Positions 1 through 8,108 of a DNA stretch of 20,000 nucleotides are shown piece after piece. This DNA comes from an uncultured virus (IMG/VR IMGVR_UViG_3300011008_000092). Lineage: Duplodnaviria; Heunggongvirae; Uroviricota; Caudoviricetes. The first letter of the stretch is position 1, and every line of letters starts with the position of its first letter. Position numbers and translations under genes: made by a program. Below the pieces are notes generated by a model. That model saw nothing but the letters and a program-made list of their open reading frames with translations. It made no database searches and had not been told where the DNA came from. Location of the stretch: IMG/VR virus record IMGVR_UViG_3300011008_000092. One strand, given 5' to 3'.

Positions 1-2
1 TC

Positions 3-3000
3 GAAACGCTCATCAAGTGGTACTACGTCACCTCGCCTGTTAGTCACAATCGGGTCTGCACTCTTCAATGTAGCTGCATGATGGGTGTCATCAACAGAAC
101 GTCCAAGACTTACCACAACTCCCCTGCCAAGTGCCTGAACACATGCCTCAGCGGTGTTACCTGTGTCCACTACATTGTCAATGATGATAGGAAGCTTGCC
201 TTCGGGTAACTGTCCTTCCATGCGGATGCCTAGGTCTGAGCTGCTGATGGCTGCTCCTGTCTCCTTCTTGGTGTCATACTGACTGGCTCTCGGTGCACCT
301 TTCAGTACATCGGCAACCTCACTGCCTGTCAATTCTCCAAGTACCTTGGCAACATCAAGCATGTCTGTTGCTTCTCCTGTATGCGATGGAACAGGAACCA
401 GAACAGCATTCTCAGGTATCAGAGGCTTCATCATTTCAGCAACCTCACGGACTGCCTCAGCATCACGGCTCTTCACACGTTTAGCCAAAGAACTGACGTT
501 GCGGTATTTGTCAACGGCTACGAATGGGGTAATACCGTTACCTACCTCTTCCTTCAGTGCTTCCATGAAGATGGCAGAAGCTTTCTCCTTCTCACCCTTC
601 TGAACGGCTTCCATATAGTCGTTGTTGCGACGTTCCAGCCAGTCCTCAACCTTGCGTCGTGGGTTCACTCCGTCAACGAAGTCTTTCAGTACCTGGTCGT
701 AAACCTGTGCTGCTGACTTGTAATTGATATGAAGGAAATCAGTAACCTGCTTCCAGAAGTCCTGTAGTGCCTTGCTGATATTCTTCCAGATATTTCCCCA
801 CTTGCTGGTATAGTTGCCGTCACGCTTTGACATACGTTCATACTCAGCCTTCAGACGCTCCTGACCTCGCTCGCCACTGGCGGTTGCAATAACCCCCTCA
901 ACAAGTGCGTTCTCATCAGTAATCTCAGGATTGCGCTCCTGCACGAAACGCCAAGTGTCTGCATCTGCCTTGATAAGAGATACGACATTGTTCCAACTAT
1001 CCGGATTCAACTTCCGCAAAGCTTCACTCCAAAGGTGTGCGTACTCATGGATAGGCAACTTGCCGTCAATCTTACGTGGATCGAGATAGAGTTTGCCTCT
1101 GTAGGCGAAACCATAGGTCTTACCATCAGGGGTGTGCATACGCCTCAACTCTCCGTTCTCGCTCTGGTCATTCTCTGCCTGCTTGCGGATGCGACGATTC
1201 TCACGTACATCTGTGGTAACATCAATACCCATGTCCTGCAGGTGCTCTACAAGTGCGCCACCTGTCTCACGGTCTGTCAGCACATTCTCCAACTCTTCAC
1301 GGCTGCGCTCACGACGGCTCTGCAACTCATCGTCAATGGCATCCATGTCGGCCTGCTGCTGCCGGATAGTCTCCTGTAGGGTGTTCCACTTCTCGCTTCC
1401 CTTCTCTATATTCGTTGTACCAAGGAGGAAACGGGCGGTGGAAGCTACAGAACTGCGCTTCTTACGGCTCTTCTGCAACTCATCATCGGTCATCGACTTG
1501 ATGTCAGCAGGCTTCAACGTCGGTTCTTTCTTCTGTATGGCAGCCTCAGCTCTTGCCTGTACGACAGAGGCAGATTGTTTCACCTGGTCCATAATGGAGT
1601 TCTGACGCTCCCTGATATTTGCCTTGACTTCCTCTATCGGGTCACTGATTGGGTTGTCATACTTCAGACGGAAATAATCTGCATAGGGTTTCGTCTTACG
1701 GTCACTGTCAGAAAGCCATTTGTCAAAGCGGTCTTTGGGCACACCAAGCATCTGCATGACGTGCTTATCCCACCAGCCTGGCTCATAGTTGCGCTCGTAG
1801 GCTTTCTTGGCTTCTCCCCATGTAGGATAGCCGTACATCACCTTGTGCTCGTCAAAGGTGCCATCCTCATTCTTCTGGTCTACGATATATACCCTGCCCT
1901 TGAAATTGTCAAGGTCTGCATCGTCATTAATGAAGAAATCCATGTGGTCTCCGTCGGCACCGTATTTCTTACCGATATAGCCATAGGTGTCCTTCATCTC
2001 AATACTCCAAGGCTTGCCGTTCTGATCCACACCACTGCGGACACTGCCCTTTGGGTTCTCGATAGACATCTTATAACCTCCAAACTCAACATGACCCATC
2101 TTGTAGTTACCTGCCTTCTTCTGTGCCTCAGTAGGCTCGGTATTGGTGTCTGCCTTTGCAGTCTCCAACCTGTCTTTGAAAACTGCAGGTGTCTCTTTCC
2201 TGTAGTCGGCATTACGCCTCATGAACTCTTCGATAGTGCCACTCTTGCCCTTGGTGATAGGATTGATGTCAACTCGGATTCCTTCAATCGTCAATGGCTC
2301 ATCGGTGCCAGAAAGCATGTTGAAAAGGTCATCCTCCCTTGCCTTACCCTTGTACTCCAACAGTACGTCAAGGTCACTGTCATCATTGGCAGTGCCATTG
2401 GTCCTGGAGCCGATAATCTTCATATCAACAATCTCTGCATCGGCATCATTGTCCCCCCTGACAACATCAAAGTAATCACGGACCTGATTCAATATCTCAT
2501 CCTCACTGTAGGTTTCAAGTCCTTGAATGTTGGACTTCTTGCCTTTCTCTATTCCTCCCTGTGGTTGAACAGCCAAGCTTTCACCACTGCCAGCTGTGCC
2601 ACTCTCAGGGGCAGACTGTTGGGGTTGCCCTGCTTCAATAGCTGGATGTCCATCATTGTCATGAGCTTGTGTTGCTGACAGATCTTCTTTGCCTTGATTG
2701 CTTCCTTCTGGAACTCCTGCGGTGACAGGCTTTTCATCCACTCGGTTGCTTGTGCCAGACGGTCTTTGCCCGTCGGCTGCTGGTTCGTTTCTTTCATATT
2801 CTGCTATTTCATTAAATGTTAATTCTTCATCGGCTGCCAACTGACGCATGGCATCCTCATAAGTCTCCCTGTCTCCTCCAAGGGATTCTATGTAGTCGGC
2901 AAAAGCTCCGTCAAGATAGGCAATCACCTCTGGTGTATATTCCTGCTCACTGACAGAAGGTATCCACTCACGGATGGCATCGTTGTCAGGCATACCAAGC

Positions 3001-6000
3001 TCTGCCAGTTCTGCCTCTCGCTCCTCATACTCTTCCATTGCTCGTACATACTGCTCTGCCTCGGCTATACGGTTATTGATAGTCAAATGGGAAATGTCTG
3101 ACGGGGTTCTGGCGGTGGACAGCAAATCAATGATACCATTACGCAGGTCCTCCGTACTGTACATCTTGCCTCCTCCGTTCATGTCAGGCTGGGCTTCATA
3201 CAGGTCATGAACGATTTCCTCTATGCCCTTGCCCTGTCCTTCGGCTGCCAGGTACATATTGAAGGCGTTGGTGCTCTTTCCTCTGCTGATACCTCGCTCC
3301 CATCCTGAGCCAAGCTCCTCACGCAAACCTCTCACATGGTGGTCGCCTCTGTCAAAGCCTTCCCAGTTGATAGTTCCTCTGCCAAGATTCTGAGAGATAT
3401 ACTCTGCAATATCCCTTGGCTCCATGTCATTGATGGCACTGATAGCCTGCGGGTCATCCTTATATATCTCACGGGCTATCCTGAGCTTATCCTGTGCACT
3501 TCTGGCTTTCGACATAGCTTCCATGCGCTGCTCCTGCGGGGTAGAAGGCTCGTTCCTGCCGTTACGCTCGTACAATTCAGAGATACCTTCAACGATTTCT
3601 CTCATGTGGCTGGCTTCCCTGGTCAAAGCATCCTGATAGGCTTCAAGGTCTGTGACGGATTGCGAGATCTGTTTCAGCTCCTCTGGAGTCAGCTCTATAC
3701 GTCCACTGATATAGTCATTCAATTGTCCGTTGAGTGCGTCTATCTGTGGCTGTACCTCGTCACGCTGTTTGTTCCTCAGTGCTATACGCTGGTCATTCAT
3801 GAACTTCTCTGCATCAAAAGAGTCTTGGAAATGTCTCAGCAGGTAGTTGTTGGCGTTGCCTGTAGGAGTCAATCCAAAGTTCATGGTGCCATCCTCGTTC
3901 ACTGCAATATGCTCGTCGTTCTGACCAAAGTTCCTGTTCTGTTCTGCTGGACGTAAACCTTTACGTGCCTGCGAAACGTCACTTCTGCGCTCGGTCTCAA
4001 ACTGCTGCACCTCTTCCTTGGTCATCAGATTGCTGCGCACATCAGCCCATCGTCTCTGACGGGCATCAAGGTCTTGCAGCTCTGCTTCCAGCTCTGCCTG
4101 ACGCTGCTCCAACTGTTGTGCCTCATCAGTGTCAAGAATATCCTTACCGACTGACAGCTGACTGACAACACGGCTCAACTCCTGCTGGGCTTCCGTCTGA
4201 CGGGTCTTAAGTTCGTCTTTCGACTGCTGAATGTCATTGATAACCTGTGGCTTCACCTCGGCTATTGTCTGCTCTTGCTGACGGCTGGCACCAAGCAGAT
4301 ACTCGGCTACAACTGCTGGGTCGCTGCCTTCTGCCGTGAAGTCGGGATTGCCTTCCTTCATGCCTACAATACCATTGTTATAGCGTTCCGTGCGTTGCGC
4401 TATCTCTGCCTGACGGTCTGCCTCACGCTGCTGACGCTGGGCTTCCCTGAATTGGGCTGCCTCCTGCTGGAGCTGTGCTTCTATCTGTAGCTGGTCTGTG
4501 GCTTCCATCATGTTCAACACCTCTTCCTTGGTCATCTTCATGATGTTACCATCGCCATCAGATAGCTGGATGTCGCCATCAGGATAGAAGCCGTCAACAG
4601 TAAACGGCATCGTTTCACCTGCGATAGTAAGCTCTACCTGCTGACCTGCCTCTACATTATTGCCAAGGAGCCAGTTCATCACACGGTTGCCACTCTGTTC
4701 TGCAAGATCGGCACTCAGACGCTCTGCAAACTGACCTGCTGGCATAGCCGTGCCCTGTTCCTTTATCTTGCTGACTGGCCAGTTCGTAGTCTTTGGCTGA
4801 CCTGTCTCGTCGGTATAGGTGACAGTAACAGTACCGAACTTGTTAGCAAGGTCTCCTGACTTATGATAAGCCTGCTGGCCATTGTCAAGTGTTAAGGGAA
4901 TAATCTCACCTGCCTCGTTCCTGTACGGCTCGATAGCTGCCTCATCCAGAGCTGCCTGCTGCTGATGGTGCTCTTCCATCGCTGCCTTGAAACCTTCTGC
5001 CTCGGCATAGGCATTGACATACTTCACGAAAGCATCCCTCTGCTGTGCTGTCATTGACTCTGTGTCAATAGACTCTAGGTTGCCAGTCTTGACAGCCTCA
5101 TCTATCCTCATTGCCTCTTCGGAAGGGAAATAACGGAACATTCTGACATCTGCCATTTTCATCTCATGACCGATGGACTTGATAGTTGGCTGGTCCTGAG
5201 TATAGTAGGCATCCCTTCCTCTCTGACGGGAAGTTTCAATATCAAAGGAAGGTGCTGTGTATTTACTTTCTCCTCCACCATTGTCACCTTCAGTATCAGC
5301 AGGAGGCGGTGGTGTCTCTGCCACTGGCTCCTGTGGTACTTCACCTTCAATCATTCGGGAAGTATCTACTGGTTGCTGCACCGTTCCTTCTTGGGTCTGT
5401 GCTTCTGTCTCTGTCTGGCGTAACGCTTCGTGCTCCTGGATGCGCTGGAGCATCCTCTGACGATATTCACTGACAATCTGCTGTTCCTGTTCTGTCCTGT
5501 ATATGCCATTACCAATTTCTACTATTCCGTTTCCACCTGCCAACTCTTCTGCCTCAGCTTTGCTGTGACCGTACATGGCTCGCTCTACTTCTCCTACATT
5601 GAGGTCGTACATGTCCTCTACCTCTGCTGCAACACGCTTTCCTGCGCCATTTTTTTGCTTATAGGCATTAAGACGACTAAATGCTGCATTAAGAAGAGAC
5701 TGCTCGCTTGGTGTCAATTCAGTTCCTTCGTTAGCCTTTTGCAGAATGGCAGGAATATTCTGAGCCATCGAAAGCAACTCTCGGTCCTCAGCTGTCAGTT
5801 TGTCTGGGTCTGATACTGCCTTTCTGCGAATGGCTTCATAGCTTTCTGTAAGCATATTACTCATGTCAGTGGCAGTCTCTAGCTCATCGAGGCGATTTTG
5901 AATAGCTTCTGTAGTATTCATGTCAGCTTGGAAGCCTAGCCTATTCTGTTCTGCCAATGCCTCCTCATAGCTTCTCATGGGCTTGCGCTCTATAACACCT

Positions 6001-8105
6001 CCTCGTTGGTTCAGTGTCTCGACATATATCTTGCTCCCATCCTCGACAATACGTGTACCTGTCACTGGAGAGAATTGGGCTGGCATCTTGCCTTCAATGA
6101 GGTACATTACCTTGGCTTTCATCGTCTCGGGTGCCTCACTGGCCATAAAGGAACGGTATACTGCCGACAACTGCTGCATATTCTCTGCATCAATGGGCTC
6201 GGCATCATCTTTCACAATCTCTTTTCCTGTCTGAGCCTGAGGTGTGCGCTCGTCGTTCCTGAGTATGCTCTTTAGGAAACTGGGCTGCTCTGCACCTCTG
6301 TTCGCCATCCTCAGTGCAAGCTCTACAGGGTCATCAATACCCATATCACGAAGATATTGCTTCTCTTCAGGAGTAAACTTGAACTTCTGAGCCTGCCTTG
6401 CCTGCTCTACCTGTCCTTTCATACCAAACATGTGAGGAAGTTTAAGGAGTCCTAAGCTGGCTGCACTCTCAGCATAAGCCTCGGCTGCACTCTCAGGAGT
6501 TATCTCAAAAGTGGGATCTGCCTCCTTCATGTCGTGAAGAGAGAAGCCTGCCATTACGCCTGCATCGTATCCGAAACCTAACGCTCCTCGAATAAGTCCT
6601 TCCTTGACGGCACCTTGTGCAATTTTCTCTGGCACTGCTGCTACAGCTCCACCAACCATGAGCGTACCCATCGCTGCTCCCTTCTTCATTTCCTTCCAGG
6701 TCTCACCGATATAGTCATCAAGTTCTGGAGTAAATGCGCTTCCGTCGGGGTTGATGGGTTGACCAGCCTTATAGGTAAGGTCAACAGGTGTTCCAATTAC
6801 TGGTTGCAGTCCGAATGTGGTAGCTCCATGTACGGCTGTAGAACCTATCTGAGCTGCACGGCCTGTGAGCGTATTACTCATCACCATCTGTGCTGCACGT
6901 TCTGCCACACTTCGCTCCACACCTCTTCTGACGAGTCCGTTTGTGACAATCTTGGTGAGTCCACCTGTCATAAACTTGGACAGTCCACCACCTGCTGCAC
7001 CTGTAAGTGCGTACTCAGGCATATTCAAGCCGAATGTCAAAGCACCTGTTCCTACCTTCTCCCAGAAGCCAGGCTGATAGGATTGGGCTGCAAGGTCATC
7101 GAGATAGTTCTGGAAGGGGGTACTGGTAGCCATCCTCGTGAGCTTACCAAAGTCACTGTTTCGGATAGCATTCAGAACAATGTATTCTGCACTTGACTGT
7201 GGCATCCTCTTTTCCACAAGCTGCTGTATCATCCTCTGCTGCATCGTCTGAAGAGCATAACGGCCTGCATCGTTCAGATTCTCACCATCAGTGGTAAAGT
7301 AATCATCCTGAAGCATCTGCGCTGTCATCTGGTCAACGGCTGACTGAATGGCAAGTGACGGGTCGGAAATCTCACTGGCTTCCCTCATCGTTGCCATGTC
7401 AGGACCTAAATAGCCATCAGGAGAAGTGGAAGGGGTATTCCTGCCTGCTGCATCCTTAAGATGCTGTCTGCCTGCCTCCTCTATTCTCTGTAGCTCCTTG
7501 CCGAATACATCCATACCGGCATTGACGGCCTCATCATTCTTGATGATAGAGGCATAGCGAGGATTGCCCATATCTAATGCTGATGGACGCTGCACACCAA
7601 GCCTGATACCTCGTTGGTCACTGGGTACTGTCGGGTCAAGTGCGATACCATTGCGCTGGTTATATTGCTGACGCTGCTGCATCGTGGGGTCGTTCCTCCA
7701 GAACTCATCATTCTCCTGAGCCTGCTGCTGGTTAGCCTGCTTAAGCTGGCCATGTATCATGTCGAAGGTCTTTTCAAGGTCTGTACGCTGGTCAGGACGC
7801 TGCAACTTGGAGGCATCAAACTGAGGTTGTTTATAGCCGTTGATAGGAGTTGACTGTGCTGGCTGCATAGGAGTCGGTGCTGGTGATGCTGGCTGTTGCG
7901 GTTGCGCTGCAACAGGCTCCACCATCATGTCATCAAAGTCCTGCTGACTGCCTACGTCAAGATTCAGCTCCTTACTCTTGTTATAATACCACTCTCTGTC
8001 CTCTTGGTTGTTAAGACTCTGCTTGAAATCGTCATAACTGCCTGTGTCTACGCCAGACTGCTTCATCTGCTCATAGAGCCACTTTCTATCTTCTTCGTTA
8101 TACAT
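3..8105 (-). CDS. Giant large polyvalent protein / putative injected internal virion protein, >2700 aa, C-terminus beyond the window edge
   Basis: ATG at 8105, 3 nt after the upstream TAA (MYNEEDRKWLYEQMKQSG...). I translated long stretches and found no stop; the frame ends ...GDVVPLDERF at position 3. The track lists no closed ORF in this frame, consistent with 2701 open codons. Contains NTase, InPase, HExxH and PRTase motifs. Confidence 0.93.
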   Translation of the reverse strand, partial: MYNEEDRKWLYEQMKQSGVDTGSYDDFKQSLNNQEDREWYYNKSKELNLDVGSQQDFDDMMVEPVAAQPQQPASPAPTPMQPAQSTPINGYKQPQFDASKLQRPDQRTDLEKTFDMIHGQLKQANQQQAQENDEFWRNDPTMQQRQQYNQRNGIALDPTVPSDQRGIRLGVQRPSALDMGNPRYASIIKNDEAVNAGMDVFGKELQRIEEAGRQHLKDAAGRNTPSTSPDGYLGPDMATMREASEISDPSLAIQSAVDQMTAQMLQDDYFTTDGENLNDAGRYALQTMQQRMIQQLVEKRMPQSSAEYIVLNAIRNSDFGKLTRMATSTPFQNYLDDLAAQSYQPGFWEKVGTGALTFGLNMPEYALTGAAGGGLSKFMTGGLTKIVTNGLVRRGVERSVAERAAQMVMSNTLTGRAAQIGSTAVHGATTFGLQPVIGTPVDLTYKAGQPINPDGSAFTPELDDYIGETWKEMKKGAAMGTLMVGGAVAAVPEKIAQGAVKEGLIRGALGFGYDAGVMAGFSLHDMKEADPTFEITPESAAEAYAESAASLGLLKLPHMFGMKGQVEQARQAQKFKFTPEEKQYLRDMGIDDPVELALRMANRGAEQPSFLKSILRNDERTPQAQTGKEIVKDDAEPIDAENMQQLSAVYRSFMASEAPETMKAKVMYLIEGKMPAQFSPVTGTRIVEDGSKIYVETLNQRGGVIERKPMRSYEEALAEQNRLGFQADMNTTEAIQNRLDELETATDMSNMLTESYEAIRRKAVSDPDKLTAEDRELLSMAQNIPAILQKANEGTELTPSEQSLLNAAFSRLNAYKQKNGAGKRVAAEVEDMYDLNVGEVERAMYGHSKAEAEELAGGNGIVEIGNGIYRTEQEQQIVSEYRQRMLQRIQEHEALRQTETEAQTQEGTVQQPVDTSRMIEGEVPQEPVAETPPPPADTEGDNGGGESKYTAPSFDIETSRQRGRDAYYTQDQPTIKSIGHEMKMADVRMFRYFPSEEAMRIDEAVKTGNLESIDTESMTAQQRDAFVKYVNAYAEAEGFKAAMEEHHQQQAALDEAAIEPYRNEAGEIIPLTLDNGQQAYHKSGDLANKFGTVTVTYTDETGQPKTTNWPVSKIKEQGTAMPAGQFAERLSADLAEQSGNRVMNWLLGNNVEAGQQVELTIAGETMPFTVDGFYPDGDIQLSDGDGNIMKMTKEEVLNMMEATDQLQIEAQLQQEAAQFREAQRQQREADRQAEIAQRTERYNNGIVGMKEGNPDFTAEGSDPAVVAEYLLGASRQQEQTIAEVKPQVINDIQQSKDELKTRQTEAQQELSRVVSQLSVGKDILDTDEAQQLEQRQAELEAELQDLDARQRRWADVRSNLMTKEEVQQFETERRSDVSQARKGLRPAEQNRNFGQNDEHIAVNEDGTMNFGLTPTGNANNYLLRHFQDSFDAEKFMNDQRIALRNKQRDEVQPQIDALNGQLNDYISGRIELTPEELKQISQSVTDLEAYQDALTREASHMREIVEGISELYERNGRNEPSTPQEQRMEAMSKARSAQDKLRIAREIYKDDPQAISAINDMEPRDIAEYISQNLGRGTINWEGFDRGDHHVRGLREELGSGWERGISRGKSTNAFNMYLAAEGQGKGIEEIVHDLYEAQPDMNGGGKMYSTEDLRNGIIDLLSTARTPSDISHLTINNRIAEAEQYVRAMEEYEEREAELAELGMPDNDAIREWIPSVSEQEYTPEVIAYLDGAFADYIESLGGDRETYEDAMRQLAADEELTFNEIAEYERNEPAADGQRPSGTSNRVDEKPVTAGVPEGSNQGKEDLSATQAHDNDGHPAIEAGQPQQSAPESGTAGSGESLAVQPQGGIEKGKKSNIQGLETYSEDEILNQVRDYFDVVRGDNDADAEIVDMKIIGSRTNGTANDDSDLDVLLEYKGKAREDDLFNMLSGTDEPLTIEGIRVDINPITKGKSGTIEEFMRRNADYRKETPAVFKDRLETAKADTNTEPTEAQKKAGNYKMGHVEFGGYKMSIENPKGSVRSGVDQNGKPWSIEMKDTYGYIGKKYGADGDHMDFFINDDADLDNFKGRVYIVDQKNEDGTFDEHKVMYGYPTWGEAKKAYERNYEPGWWDKHVMQMLGVPKDRFDKWLSDSDRKTKPYADYFRLKYDNPISDPIEEVKANIRERQNSIMDQVKQSASVVQARAEAAIQKKEPTLKPADIKSMTDDELQKSRKKRSSVASTARFLLGTTNIEKGSEKWNTLQETIRQQQADMDAIDDELQSRRERSREELENVLTDRETGGALVEHLQDMGIDVTTDVRENRRIRKQAENDQSENGELRRMHTPDGKTYGFAYRGKLYLDPRKIDGKLPIHEYAHLWSEALRKLNPDSWNNVVSLIKADADTWRFVQERNPEITDENALVEGVIATASGERGQERLKAEYERMSKRDGNYTSKWGNIWKNISKALQDFWKQVTDFLHINYKSAAQVYDQVLKDFVDGVNPRRKVEDWLERRNNDYMEAVQKGEKEKASAIFMEALKEEVGNGITPFVAVDKYRNVSSLAKRVKSRDAEAVREVAEMMKPLIPENAVLVPVPSHTGEATDMLDVAKVLGELTGSEVADVLKGAPRASQYDTKKETGAAISSSDLGIRMEGQLPEGKLPIIIDNVVDTGNTAEACVQALGRGVVVSLGRSVDDTHHAATLKSADPIVTNRRGDVVPLDERF
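75..520 (-). other. Type I phosphoribosyltransferase (ComF-like) domain within the giant protein
   Basis: VLVPVPSHTG motif followed by PRPP-binding loop IIIDNVVDTGNT (153-188); canonical form is hhhDDhhxTGxT. Boundaries approximate. Confidence 0.8.
680..1260 (-). other. Zincin-like metallopeptidase (MPTase) domain within the giant protein
   Basis: GKTYGFAYRGKLYLD...LPIHEYAHLW with HExxH at 1035-1049, a downstream helix ENALVEGVIA and an 'ALQDFWKQVTDFL' helix, as in polyvalent-protein MPTases. Boundaries approximate. Confidence 0.85.
1670..2150 (-). other. Inorganic pyrophosphatase (InPase) domain of polyvalent proteins
   Basis: NTEPTEAQKKAGNYKMGH...IENPKGSVRSG...TYGYI...DGDHMD...FDEHKVMYG...KTKPYADY; includes the family I PPase-like YGY and DGDxxD motifs. 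Confidence 0.92.
2200..2520 (-). other. DNA polymerase beta superfamily nucleotidyltransferase domain within the giant protein
   Basis: IIGSRTNGTANDDSDLDVLLEY (GS at 2406-2411, DxD at 2367-2375) and a third Asp in IRVDINPI. Confidence 0.88.
2549..2797 (-). CDS. Putative nested (overprinted) 82-aa protein in the +1 frame of the giant gene; function unknown
   Basis: ATG preceded by an A/T-rich island (GAATTAACATTTAATGAAATAGCAGAAT-ATG). Product looks amphipathic and helical. The host frame over the same interval is a low-complexity G/P/A/S/E/Q linker. Gln codons: 8 CAG:2 CAA in the nested frame versus 2:6 in the host frame. Confidence 0.6.
   Translation of the reverse strand: MKETNQQPTGKDRLAQATEWMKSLSPQEFQKEAIKAKKICQQHKLMTMMDIQLLKQGNPNSLPLRVAQLAVVKAWLFNHREE
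7923..8105 (-). repeat. Two tandem ~30-aa repeats at the N-terminus of the giant protein
   Basis: YNEEDRKWLYEQMKQSGVDTGSYDDFKQSL / NNQEDREWYYNKSKELNLDVGSQQDFDDMM, followed by a P/Q/A-rich linker. Confidence 0.85.
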
Positions 8106-8108
8106 AGC

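Noticed and set aside
1994..2212. 72-aa alternative-frame minus ORF as a second nested gene
   Set aside because: Overlaps the conserved InPase motifs, has no A-rich start region and has an R/Q/T-biased off-frame composition.
2790..2830. Possible end of the giant gene or frameshift at the A/T-rich patch
   Set aside because: Codon-by-codon reading shows the main frame is open (ADEELTFNEIAEYERNE), so the small ORF is nested rather than a separate downstream gene.
5159..5350. 63-aa alternative-frame minus ORF over a Pro-rich linker
   Set aside because: TTG start, no A/T-rich initiation island and composition typical of frame-shifted sequence; much weaker than 2549-2797.
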